Shown here piece after piece: positions 43,701 to 56,600 of a stretch of 64,000 nt of DNA. The DNA lies in assembly GCA_002269645.1 (NCBI GenBank), contig NIVC01001368.1, positions 182,380 to 246,379 of the forward strand, written 5' to 3'. Each line of letters begins with the position of its first letter. Position 1 is the stretch's first letter. Source of the DNA: Macrostomum lignano (Eukaryota). Below the pieces are notes generated by a model. The model made no database searches, was not told where the DNA came from, and saw nothing but the letters and a program-made list of their open reading frames with translations. Made by a program: the position numbers and the translations under genes.

Positions 43701-46700
43701 CCCAGCGAGGAGGCTGAGATGATGGAGATGGCTGTCACGCCGCTTAGCCGCAACTGCTGAACTATCACGGCCGGGGTGTCCACCGGTGGAGAGCTGCCTG
43801 CAGGCAGCAGAAGCGGGCAGGCTATGAGGCGATTCACAATCCAGCAACCCTAATGGCAACCCGCTGCTTTTTCGCCGTATGCATGGCACTCATTGCACAA
43901 TAATTAGCCCTCTATCTGCCATACCGTAAGCCCCAGTATTCATCTGCAAATCGAGTCAGAACTCGAGAAAAATCTCTAACAAGGGAGGCGGCCAGGGGCT
44001 GCTCAAATGGCATCTCGAGCTGCTGCTGGAGCAGAGCGTGACAGACTGCTGAAAAAGGCTGCAATTAGCGGCGTGCCAACGGTGAACTTGAACCCGCCCG
44101 ATCGATCCGAGATGGGCAGTAGCTGCTCACAGCTCACTGCGCCTGCTGCTCATTAGGACCAATCTGGGATGCTGATGGTGGATTTGGCCGCATCCGGTAA
44201 TCGATTTCCGAGTTCATAATCAAAGACCCGTCTTTTCCAACAGGTGAAACTCGACCCGCTTGCACTCGAGAAAAGTTACTCCAAACCAAACCATAGATTA
44301 TCTATGCTCCAAACAAATTTTCACCGCTTGGACTCAAACAGAAAATATGTGAGCAGAGAGTTCAAGTGTGGCGAGTCCTGTCTGGTAGGGTGTACTTTTC
44401 GTCCCGTGCCATGAGCACTTTCAGACTGCTCTGAAAGAAGCAGACATGCATGGTTGGCAAATTGCTGCGATACAATTGCTTTTTATGTTGAATGGCACTG
44501 CAGAAACACTCTTATCAGCACTTGCTCAGCAATTTTTACCCCGACATTTGAATGTCAGTCAAAACCTTTCAGTTTTGTTTGCGTTGAAAGAGGCAATTTC
44601 ACCCAACCTTGAAGTCGCCAGCGATGGGAGATGCTCGCCAGTTTGCTCGGAAAAAGCCGGAGCTTTCTTCTAGTTTCTCGGTAAATCTCTGCTAATCCGT
44701 GGATCAACAGCTGACTCCCGCCCCGATCGTCCCGGATACTCATGCCGCTCCGAGAGCTTTCAGAGACTCACTCAAGTCAGGGAAGGCTAACGCAACGGGA
44801 GGAGCTGACAGGAAATTTGTTCCAACAGGTCTCCAGGGTAGCCAGCGGGTTGGCAGAGACGGCTCACTCACCCGCAAACCACAGCTCTGAGGTCCAATTG
44901 AGTGCCTGGGAAATCGGGTCGTAGGTGCCAACGAGATGCCGGGTGAAATCTGAAATTAAAAAAAGGTGCCAGGACTAAAGCGGAGACCTTTTTGCCATTT
45001 TAAAATATATTGAAATTACTTCTCAGCTGGTACAGAAGCACATTCGGAGTTCGATCTCCGTTACTGTCGAACACGACCCTGCCCTAAAATGTGCGAGGCA
45101 GGATTTGGTCAGAGGCGGCAGTGCCATGCACACAAGGGTCAGAGGCGGCAGTGCCATGCACACAAGGGTCAGGAGGCATAGTGCCATGCACACAAGGGTC
45201 AGGAGGCATAGTGCCATGCACACAAGGGTCAGAGGCGGCAGTGCCATGCACACAAGGGTCAGGAGGCGTAGTGCCATGCACACAAGGGTCAGGAGGCGTA
45301 GTGCCATGCACACAAGGGTCAGGAGGCGTAGTGCCATGCACACAAGGGTCAGGAGGCGTAGTGCCATGTACACAAGGGTCAGGAGGCATAGTGCCATGCA
45401 CACAAGGGTCAGAGGCGGCAGTGCCATGCACACAAGGGTCAGGAGGCGTAGTGCCATGTACACAAGGGTCAGGAGGCATAGTGCCATGCACACAAGGGTC
45501 AGGAGGCGTAGTGCCATGTACACAAGGGTCAGGAGGCATAGTGCCATGCACACAAGGGTCAGGAGGCGTAGTGCCATGTACACAAGGGTCAGGAGGCATA
45601 GTGCCATGCACACAAGGGTCAGAGGCGGCAGTGCCATGCACACAAGGGTCAGAGGCGGCAGTGCCATGCACACAAGGGTCAGGAGGCATAGTGCCATGCA
45701 CACAAGGGTCAGAGGCGGCAGTGCCATGCACACAAGGGTCAGAGGCGGCAGTGCCATGCACACAAGGGTCAGAGCCACTTTTACCGAGAGTCCAATGAAG
45801 TCCAGTTCGAGGATGTTACGAAAGAGGGCGGCCTTGAAGGACGAGTTGCCCAGCTGAAGCTCCTCGGAGTAGTTCCAAGACTGCAGCGTCCGATTCAACG
45901 ACAGAGCTGCCGACATCACCGTATCAAAGCGCAGATCGAAGCCGAAGAGCGTCTTCATAATGGCCTCGGCTCGGCGTTCGGGGTACTCGAGAACGAATTG
46001 AGCGAACAGCTCGGGGAGCGTCTGCAAGAAGGCATTGAACTGCATGTGTGTTCTGGAGACCTACTTTGGAAGGTTTACGCTGAAGTCGAAGCGAAACTTG
46101 GATTTATGATGGGTTTCTGCAGAATGCAGTTCCCAACATTGCCTAACTCAATTTTCACCAAAGCTTTTGCATCATGAATAAAGAAAAGGCAGTGTTGGGC
46201 CGCGATGGGTTTTTAATATGCCAAAATTGCGCGCCTTTGCCGATGCGCGCCTCTACCGGTGCGTGCTTATATCCCCTGCAAACCCCGCCCCTCTTCGGCG
46301 GCCTTTTAAGTCTCGCTTCGTATAGAATTCGAAAGGGAGACCTTCTTGACCATTTTAAATTGACCATTCTCAATCATGTGATAAGCGCTATTCCGTGGGA
46401 GCAGCTGCTCTCGCATTTTCAACCAACCAGCTGCTCAGTCCCCAGCAGAACCTAATTTGGGAAGACAAACAGGGATATTGAGTTGCTTGCATCGCTCACA
46501 ACAGGCGACACATCACTACCAAAAATTTGCTCTTTCAAAGAGAAGCAGAAGAAAAATCAGAGTAAGAGGGTGCCTCTCAAGCTACGTACCTGGAATTCCT
46601 ATCTTAATTGCATTTGTTCTTCTAATTGAGACTCCTGGAGACACGTACTACAGAGAGTACCCAGAGTTCATCTTGATACAAATAAAAACACTATTTGGAA

Positions 46701-49700
46701 TCTTAAGTTATTTATCCAAAGGCAATACTAATTAATATCTGGCAGACCCCACTGGTACAAAAAGTCTGAAGCACAGGTTCGCTTTCAATTTTTTCATTAA
46801 ATTTTTTATTGTGTTTGAATTTTTTTTATTATTTGAAGGTCTCGGATCACGATCGGAAGCTCAAGTCTCAATCTTGAGCTTGAATTTCGCTGAAAATGTG
46901 TTGAGAACATTCTGAACAACTATTTGTTGTTCTCACTGCTCACCTTTCCGGCCGGTCCAATCCGAGTTTCCACTATGGCGGAGTCCATGACCGCCGTGTC
47001 CGTCTCGATGGAGCCCTCAAGACTTTGCGCTCTGTCCGAGGCGGGGCAGGAGCCGGGCATGGCCTGGGCGGTGAAGGGCAGCCCCACCTGCACCCAGAAG
47101 TATTTCGGCCCGTAGATTCCGAGCCGCTTCAGCTGCGGGATGCGGGGCGAAATTCGGATTCGATTCCGAAATTGCACTTCAATTTGAAAATAAATATACC
47201 GATGATGTAACCACGCTCTGGTCGCGGGATAGGGCATGGGAACTTTTTTTGAAAGTGCCTCCTATCCCGTGCACCCCCTGCACAGAGCCGTCGAGACTCG
47301 GCCAGGTCTCCGACCAGGCCTGGAGACTCCCGCTCTGCTGCACCCCTCCTGCTGCCTTGGTTCCGTCTCCCCTGCCGCCACACCTGCCTTTCCGGAGCTC
47401 CCTACCCCTCTCTGTACCTCCCCCTCTACCCTATCTCTTCTGTTTTTCGCCCTATTCTTCCTGTACTTTCCCTATCCCCCCTCTTTTTGTCTCCCTCTGC
47501 ACTCTTTTCCTGCGCTGTCCCCTCTTTCCCTGTGTCTACTTACAGTATTTTGTGTGCTCACCGTCTCCCTATCCCCTCTCAAACTCCCAAACGGTGACGC
47601 AAGTCGTGTGACCCCTTCCCCCCCTCGGTGACTCATCGATGACTCATCCCCCTCTCTTGCGCAACCTTTTCTCACGCCATTGTTCTCCTCCCCAAATTTC
47701 TCATGCGACACCCACCCCACCTCCGCTTCTATTGTTCTCGTTTTTGATTCTTTTGTTCTCTCGACCCCACCAATTATCACATTTTCTCCGATTTTCTCTT
47801 TCTTTTGTTCTCGTTTTCGCACCTAATTATCACCTTTTCCCCAATGTTTACTTTTCCATTGTTCTCAGTTCTCCCCAATTATCCCCGATTTCCAATTCCT
47901 TTGTTCTCGACCCCAGCCCTATTGTTCTCAATGTTTGCTTGCGCAACACTTTCGCGACCACCCGCTGCGCCAATTATCCCCCCACCCCACCTCCGGATTG
48001 CGCAATTTCCCGATTTCTCATGTTGCTATGCCGGTCTCATGCTTCTCATCATGACTCATTCTGACGTCATTCTGCCGGCAGCCAATCAGAGAGAGGGAGC
48101 CATGGTAACGACCTTGAGGAGGCGGCTGTGAGGTCTATAAAAGGAAGCGATTTCGGCATGAGAATCCTCAACTTTTCGGCTCCTCGTCCTTCTTTGGACT
48201 TGCTGTCAGATTAAGTTCTGACCCATTCGTCTATAAGACGAATCCCTGCCGGTCCGCGGTCTGTTACCGCCAAGTTATCCTTAGCTCCCCAAGTGAGCTC
48301 GCCTATCGGCCAGCGGTCTGATACCGCCCAGCATCATCAGCATCGCCTGATCTACATCAGCGCCTCGTCGCTTCAGCGCATCGCCGCTTCAACGTCTGCC
48401 TGACTGCAGCCTACAGCCGCCCTCGGTCACTCCGCCTCTCTCTCTCTCTGTGCAGCTGCCGGTAAGTTCCTATTACTAATTTGTGCTCTAATAGCCTCTG
48501 CTTATCCGGGGTTTGCCTATTTTTCCATTGTCGGATTAGAGAGCTGAGCCAATTGTGATACCGTAACCTTTTGCTGTATTTTACTCAATAGTGAAGCCGC
48601 CTAATTGCCTGATTATTCGCCTAAGGGCCTAATTATTAACTATTAACTAACTCCATCATTATTCACTCTTTCACCATCATTTCACACATGGCTTGCTGAG
48701 CCTTTCTCCCGGGGTGGCAAAGCATAAGGAAGTTTGGGTAAGCTAATGGCCTCTCCCCGTGCACAGCCCGCCTGTGAGTGCGTGCTGCGGGGCCGCGTGT
48801 GCGTGCAGTAGAGGGATTAGCGAGTCTTGGCACAGAATGGCAGTAGGAAGGTTGCAACCCCATGCTGACGCGTCCCTTCGCCCTGAGCAATCTAAACTAT
48901 AGACAGTACATGTTCGCCTCATACTACTCTTAGTAATCGAAGTCGCAAGTTAGCCTCGCTCACAGCCACAAAGGATCCCCTGCTGAGAAATCCTCCAGAT
49001 TGAGCCCAGAGTTCCCGATCATGCCCCAAGCAGAGTCCCTGTACTCGGCTGCATGTGTCTCCCCTGTTAGCCTAAATCTCCTGGTAACCATCCCAGGCGG
49101 GGCTCTAGCCTCGAGAGGTCTGGTAGAAAGATCCAGGTGCGCCAGGTCACATAGAGTGGTGGCAGTCACTCGGTCATACCATGACCGAGTGACCAACTAT
49201 TGCACCTTGGCTACAGGTGGGGTCCATGTGGGTCCTTGGCCCTCTGGTCACAAAGCGCTACCAAAGCTACCAATCATGTGGGCGGGACAGTCTGGTGCTG
49301 GAGGTCCGTCAGGCCATTGCCCGGTCATAGGCAGCCTACGGTCATTGCCCCCTCTAGTCATGCGTTCGTCTCTCTACGGAGCGGACAGGCGACAAGGGCG
49401 GTTACATCACTGACTACAAAGCCCTTGCAGCTCAGAAGCCATTGCTACACTACGCTAAGAGCAGACACTACGCTAAGAGCAGACACTACGCTAAGAGCAG
49501 ACACTACGCTAAGAGCAGACACAACGGTGACTCACAACGCATTCGAACCGCTTGCTCGGTTCTTCCTGATTCCCTGCACGGACGATCACAAAAATTCTGA
49601 TGTCGCTCTTCTGTAAACGGAAAAAGCAAACAAGGTAATGGCCAATCCTCACAAGCCAAGGCCTGCTATCAGCTTACCAGCAGATTCTGAATGGCATTGG

Positions 49701-52605
49701 TGGGGTCGCTGCTGTAGATCATCTTTTGAAAGGTGATGTTGCTCCGCAGCAAGGCCGCCTCCAGCTGAAGGGCGATCTGAGATTAGCACAGTTTGCAGTG
49801 AGGTCAAAATCGGTTTTGCTGCCCCGTAGTAAATTCAGGCTTGGGCAAAGACGGGGAAATACGAGCCATGACTTGCGGATCCACTGCCTGGTGAGCGGTT
49901 GCTGCGGCCACTCAGCAAATCGCGCTTTTTAATCGCAATGGAAGTCAATTAGAGCAACGCCAATGGTTAGACACTGCAGATGCAGTGCTGAGTGAAAAAG
50001 GAAAAAGCGCCACTACTTAACAGGCTGCAGTGCACTGGGCCATAGCAATCAGAAGCAGAAGCGGTGGCATGGGGAATGCTAGCGTGGACCAAGACTCGAA
50101 GGGAGTCGCTGAGACACCTGATTAGATGCTCAGGCTTGATCTTGGGTATTAGTTTTTGCTGACTGTTTATTTTTACTTTCCTACAATGTTTTGGAGACAT
50201 CAACCGCATACTGCGTCCTGTGTGTTTTTCCTGTGGAACGCATCAATGACAGTTTTGACTGCTACTACCTTTTACGGTAAAGCATTTAAGCTCCATGTGC
50301 TAATTAATGTACTTATCTTTCTGCTCACCAAAAGGTTCGTTATTACCGCCATAAAATAAGACCATTATTGTGTGATCACACGGTTTGTACCTGTTTTTGG
50401 TTCCTTTGTACATCAGCAGTGATTTCATGGCTCACTTGATGGCGCATGATGACTGAGTGAGTAGTTGCAATACCAGTGCATGACTGACAGACAAATCTTT
50501 GCGAAATCTTTATGTGGCTCCGTGAACCGTCTTGCATAGAGTTGTTTTACTATCCCTGCGCCAACTCACGGGGTACACAACTTCGAAATCCATGGTGATG
50601 AGGCCGACTCTCCGCCAGCCGAACCTGCTGAGCAGCAGCACGGTGGGCCGCACGAACAGGCTGCCGGTGACCGGCATGCGGATGTAGAAGGGGTAGGCGG
50701 ACTTGTCGCTCAGCAGCGGCGACGTGTTGGAGAAGCCGATCTGAGGATGCAGGCGGAATGCGCAGCTGAAGGACAACTGGAAACTGGCCGATGCGCTGCT
50801 TTCCAAATGAACCAGATGCTCTACAATGACTTGACTTTACAGATTCATATAGCATTGTGCTGTTTATAATTCTGATTAACTCAAACAATTCTCCACAACT
50901 GCCATGAAAGTCATGAGAAGCACCGGCACCAACATGGCAAATGCGCTATGAAAAAGAAGCGAACCAGAAATTTTGATTGAATTGAGTTGAGAATCGTAAC
51001 AAATATCAGTTATTAAAAATAGAAGGTAGCACGTATGAATTGCAGGTAAAGAAGACTGCATCCTCGGTCCCGACACACCGGTGCGGCTCTGCGGCAAGTG
51101 CTGATGAGCCGCAATGTGAAAACGTGGGTGGGCTCGCGCATGCTGCTTGTCTTGCCTGTGGTTTGGGCTTCTACTTTGCCACAATTTTCTGACTGTATTC
51201 AAACTGCTTCTAATTTTTTTCCTTCAATGCAGGAGACTCAGCTCGCATTTTGAAAAAAACCAGAAGCTTCAGCCCGTTTGTTTTGCGCTTGTGCTGTAGA
51301 ATTCGCTCATTTTTATTCAGCTCATTTCTATCATAGTTTAGTAATAATCCACATCTAAGATATGGATTGGCTTTCGGTAAAGCGGAAGTCAACTCAAGGA
51401 TTAGCTGTCAATCAGCCAACTCGCTCGTGTTTGCTTGGCCCTCAGTTCTGCACGGAAAATAATTTTAGCGACCTTCAAATGACAGCAAATTTTGTTCAAA
51501 CTGACGCCTAGCAACAGGCGGACGAGCGCAGCTTTTTAATGCGATTTTTACCGGCCTTCGCGCCAGCCCGAGGGCTCCAGCGGTCTCCCGCAAGATGTAG
51601 CAGTTCCGTTAGGAGAGCCGAAGCTGCTCTTCGATATCCCGGCTGGAGATCGGCAAGTGGCTGGGAAATTTCCCAGCGGATTCTGCATTGGTCTTCGATT
51701 CGGACTGCACTGGGCCAGCGGCTATAAAATACAGGTATAGTGCTGTCTCACCAGATAAACGTGTGCACTTGTTGACTGCAGAGTATTGTTGGTTGCATTT
51801 AGCCACAGCAGATGCATTTTATGGGCGGCACCAGCTCACCTGAGGCAGGTGATAGTACTGGCCGATGTCCGCCACGATCTGCGACTGGTGCGAGAACGCG
51901 GCTCCAAGCAGCAGCGCCTTGTTGGGCGGCCGCAGGTAGCCGTCAATCAGCGCCTTGGCCGCGCTGCCCGTCTTTTGCTGGAGTGGGCGGAGGGGCGGTG
52001 CATGCAGAGACCATTCGGAGTCTGCAGCAATTCTAGACTCCCAAAAGCTAGGAAAATTCTGAGCTTGTGATAAAACTGATTTGATCTCATAAATTAAGAT
52101 TTGCCTGCCTGCTTACCCCATCGGCCACTATAACATGGAGCTGCATATGGAATGCCTGCTTACCCCATCGGCCACTATAACATGGAGCTGCATATGGAAT
52201 GCCTGCTTACCCCATCGGCCACTATAACATGGAGCTGCATATGGAATGCCTGCTTACCCCATCGGCCACTATAACATGGAGCTGCATATGGAATGCCTGC
52301 TTACCCCATCGGCCACTATAACATGGAGCTGCATATGGAATGCCTGCTTACCCCATCGGCCACTATAACATGGAGCTGCAAATGGAATGCCTGCTTACCC
52401 CATCGGCCACTATAACATGGAGCTGCATATGGAAGGACGGGAACAGGTAGCTGAGGTTGCTGTTGACGAAGCGGAAGCTGAAGTTCAGGTAGTCCCGGTC
52501 CAGCTTGAACTCTGGGGAGTCCGAGCTGATGCAGAGCAGGTGGACGACCTGCCGTCCGGCCGCTGGGGCGGCGGTGCACAGCAGAAAAAGCAGCAGCCAC
52601 AGCAT
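40772..52605 (-). CDS. GABA-B-receptor-like class C GPCR (signal peptide, Venus flytrap domain, 7TM, short tail), 14 exons
   Basis: Exons 52605-52399, 51977-51840, 50740-50570, 49776-49678, 49610-49536, 47132-46944, ~46040-45785, 45083-45020, 44949-44872, 43797-43415, 42826-42704, 42512-42416, 42237-41999 and 40870-40772, with consistent phases. Motifs: TSPLLSDKSAYPFYIR, IYGPKYFW, FIGLSGRVVFDSNGDR, IKMSSPLVN, GAMLAKTWRVHRIFTN, LAWETRAVQVEALNDSKKIGVCVYN. Confidence 0.88.
40920..41535. repeat. Intronic compound minisatellite (CTGACCACTGATCACTGTCATGAC variants)
   Basis: Direct reading; lies in the last GPCR intron. Confidence 0.9.
45105..45773. repeat. 30-bp minisatellite (GGTCAGRRGCGKCAGTGCCATGCACACAAG-like), ~22 copies, filling a 700-nt GPCR intron
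   Basis: Direct reading; intron 45084-45784. Confidence 0.92.
47203..49409 (+). mobile_element. Solo-LTR-like insertion (2207 bp) in GPCR intron 5, antisense to the host gene
   Basis: 10-bp inverted termini TGATGTAACC...GGTTACATCA, flanked by CCGA/CTGA (3 of 4 matching, TSD-like). Internal CCAAT (~48082), TATAAAA (48136-48142) and donor-like CG|GTAAGT (48462). No pol ORF. Confidence 0.55.
49448..49522. repeat. 18-bp tandem repeat, 4 copies (CACTACGCTAAGAGCAGA)
   Basis: Direct reading; just inside the intron after GPCR exon 49610-49536. Confidence 0.9.
52107..52433 (-). repeat. 47-bp tandem repeat, 7 copies, each containing the last 34 nt of GPCR exon 1 plus its 5' splice site
   Basis: Minus-strand unit CCATATGCAGCTCCATGTTATAGTGGCCGATGGG|GTAAGCAGGCATT. 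Plus-strand copies start at 52107, 52154, 52201, 52248, 52295, 52342 and 52389. Confidence 0.93.
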
Positions 52606-53616
52606 GGGTAGTCGGGGAGGGTTTGAACGCAGTTTCCAGTAGAGCACAGCTGGCTATTTTTATACCGCAGATGCAGCACTGCTGGGCCAATCGCGAGCTG
52701 GTGAGTCCTGCAGCCCAAATCCGTCATTAGATCTGCAAAAGCGAGCATTGCAGAATTGCCGCCTCCGCCTTAATTGAAGCTGCAGTTTCGGAGAATTCCG
52801 TGCTTCAAATAAAATAATTTCCCTATAATTTGCTGCGCTCCAAAAGCCGCTTAGGGTCGGGCAGCTGAGCTGGATTTCATTTCCCCAGTCTGAAAGCCAG
52901 AGCGTCTCTAATGAGCCACGCACTGGGCAGCTTCGAATTCTCGGCGACCCGCAGAGTCCCAGATAACTCGAGGTAATTTCCTGAGGATCTGCGGTGTCAT
53001 CACCTGACACTTTGAGCTATGCATGCTCACGTTTTCATCGGAAAGTGATACTGTTCATTAGAGATCTCGATGTTGCACAGCTTCAGTGCCCGAGCCAAAC
53101 CATCTGCTTCCTTTGCAATGTGCGAAAATTCAACCAAAGACGCAGCCAGCAACCTTGGTTTTGCGTGCATGGGAAGTTCAAGTCGGGTAAAGCAACAAAA
53201 ACTTTTTTGTGGATATTTCCCTCCCTTTCCAGTTTGATTGTTAGACGACCTGGGAAAGGTTCGATCAGTCGTACAGTTTTCTGACCTGTACAGTGCATGT
53301 CTGACGAAATGCTCTGCAGACTTTCTGTGGAAGAAATCCGCACATGATAGGCAGCTCAATGAATTTGCTGGCAGATTTATTAATACAAAGTAATCAGCTT
53401 AGCGAAATCCTTTGGTGACGGACTCTGCGTCCACTTTTTCTGCACCGAGAGCCACCGTGGCGCATCTGTTGCCCGGATTAGAGCGCCCTGTCACCCCACT
53501 GCTACGGTGCCTGTTTCTGCTTTGGTTAAAGCAGCCGCCCTGTCTGACAGTCCAGACTTGTAGGGATCAAATCTGACAGAGCAATTTCGAATCGCGATAG
53601 CGATTTTCAAATCGCA

Positions 53617-56600
53617 ATGTCCAACTTGGCAAACTCGCTGCAGTCTTCGCTGGAGCAGTTCGTGAGGCCGCACTCGGTGAAGGCGAGCTTCCCCATTGAC
53701 CGGCTGATCAACCGGCTGGCCTTCATGACGGTCATCGTGCAGGCAGTCGCCATTCTGGCTGCAAACTTCGCTGCCCGTGAGAGCTGCTGTCTTCGGAGTG
53801 TGGATGAATCCATGTCTGAGAATTCTGAATTATTGCCAAAGGAACAGAGCTTTGACGTGCTGATAATCTATGCTCATAAATCCTATGCTTTTCGATAGTT
53901 GTCACTATGGGACCTGGGCCAGCGCAGTTGCTGTCAGCACTGCCAAGCAAAGCAGCGAGTTAAGGTTGGGGTTAGGGTTAAGATTAGGCCCGTCCGCATT
54001 ACCGCCAGTCAAAGTTGCTCAAATTAAATAAAGCAGATGCAACAAAACCAAAAGAAGCTGGAATTCATCTATAGTGCATATTTAGAAAAATTGTCTCACT
54101 TATCTATCATTAATCATGTGCTCGCATAACGTACGTCGTATCACACTAAATTTACGATCTTAAATTTTTAGCGGGTTTTCAAGATAAAATGTTGTGGATT
54201 TTTCTATGCGTACACTCGCACACGTGTTCAAATACACTGTATATTTCATAGAAAATAACCAGACAACCCTCAAGCGGTTCATGAGTTTTCTATCGATCTC
54301 CTACACTGCATATTAAAACCAAACCCAGCTTCAGCTATGAAAATATGTAGTCTCGTTCGGATCCATATCATGTCAGGTCACCTGTCCCCATTCCTCCAGA
54401 AGCCAAGGTTACGTGCGCCACGGAGGCAGACGGAAGCAAAGAGAACGGGAGTGCGGCGACCGCAGCGACGGCCTCCGTGGCGGACAAGGTGTACGCCGAG
54501 TCCTACTGATACAGTCGCGGCGTGGACCAGACCGGCCTGCCCGATGGCACAATACCGGCCAGCTTCGATGGAGTTCTGAGGCACTACTTGCTGCAGTTCT
54601 ACCTGCCCATTGTGTTTATTATTCAGGTAAAGAGTCGTTAAAATTACCAAATTTGAGACGTCAGTAAGTGTAAAAAATGTTGAGCTTCTCCTTATCTCCT
54701 CTGATAACAGCCCGACTTTGCGCGTTCTTTAAGTCGAGAACCCGAATCTGGCAACAAATCCATGAAACCCAACCAAACCGTCTGTAAACCCAGGCAGGGA
54801 CAGTCTACCTGCCCTACTACGTCTGGAGCCAGACTGCAGGAGAATGTCTGCGCCAAAACATTCAGTTTGTGGTCGAGCTTTCCAAGAAGCTGCTGGCCGA
54901 TGATGCGGAAGGCAGCGGTGGCGGCGGTGATGGCTGCAATTCGGAGGAGACCTGCCGACACCGGCGGATGCAGCAAGGAAGACCATCGAAGGCCGACCTG
55001 CTGACGGACGCGACGCTGAAGCAGCGACTACGGCGCTGGTACTGCAAGTCGAAGCACACGGGCCGGTACTGTGCTTTCCAGCTGGCCCGAGCGGCCGTCA
55101 TCGCAGGCTGGATGGCTTTCTACGCCTTCTTCCCGGGCTTCCGTCACGAGGACGTTCGCTATCGCTTTGTCTGCTACCTGCCGGACTCGCGCGGGACCTC
55201 CGGCCATCGCCGTTTTAACTGCGTGCTGCTGCAGGCCAGCATATACGAGGTCGGCTGGTCCACCAACATGTCTCTGCTGGCCTTCTGCTTGCTGGCCACG
55301 GCCAGGCAGCTGTTTTACTTTTTCCCCTTCGTGCTCGGCTGCCGGTGTCGCCAGTGCCGCACGAAGCGCTGCCTCAGCTCCTGCGGCAAAGAGTGTCGCT
55401 CGCACTACTTCCAGCGCATCCTGGGCCTGGTCGTTCAGCCCAAGCGAAGTGTCGCTGATGAAGGTTTTCCGTTGCTCGGCCGCGGAGGCGGTGGTAGCGG
55501 CTACGCTGAGATTGAGGATGGCTGCACTGACTATTTCTCGAACCGACTTGCCGACAGGTGAGCTGGCGGACCGCATTTTACCGGTAGACTTCAGTCCATT
55601 GTGATTTATACATATCGACCGGGCTCACAGTGGCTGAAGCTCTTTAGCGAGTTTTAATTGCTACTGCATGCACATGTACGAGCGCATGCATCAGCGACGG
55701 CATTCCTGGCATCGCAAATAATTTTTTGCACCCAGCACTCGCGTTCATGGGACCAAAATTTTGCATTATCAAATACCATCGAAGCATGCATTTAGCTTCT
55801 TCCCCATCTCGAAACTTCACATCGTCGAAAAGGATCGTTGGTGCCCAATGCGGGAGGGAGAGAACGCAACACAGTTCGAGAAAAGCTTTAATCAATGCTA
55901 CGGCCATTCGACTCCGTATTTCCCACGCGCAGTGTTACCCCCCCCCCCTAAGCGAAGGAGGCCGGGTGCAAAAAGCGCGATGAGAGCACTAGGCGGGGGG
56001 ATTACAAGCTCTAAACCGAAGCATTTTGTTATTGTTTGACTATAAAGACATGTACATGGTTGACGATGCCAAGTTTCAAACTTCAAGCAAATAGGTTTTT
56101 GGTTTTCTGCATCACTGTAGCATAACAGGACGTGAAGATCATGAAAGTCTTAGGTCAATTCCTGGAAAAAAATACACTGCGGAGATAGGAAATCATTTTC
56201 CATCACAAAATCAATGATTGCATTTGATCTGGGGCAGTGAAGAGTACCATTCCTTTAATTTAACACGCACGTACATGTTACTGTGCAGTGAAAGTTTTAT
56301 TCTCACACTGTTTCTTTTTATTTCATAAGCCCAAGCCAAAGCTGTAAAAACGCAAGTAAAATTTTAGTTTTGTACCTTCTTGAATCATTGATGTTTTTTA
56401 ATGAAAAAGGTTTTTGCGATCTCCAGACTCCGCAGTGTACTTTTTAGGAAATTGAGCAAAAAATTACTCGATCTTGGAGTTCTACATCATGATATGATAC
56501 TCGTACAGCGGTCCTAAGCTTGATTCGATAATGTATAAACAGTCTTTGCACCGCAGGTACTATATCTCCCAACTGTGCTACGAGAACAGCCACCTGCTAG

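Noticed and set aside
53965-53990. TTAGGG telomere-like motif
   Set aside because: Only one or two imperfect units in an intron, consistent with chance.
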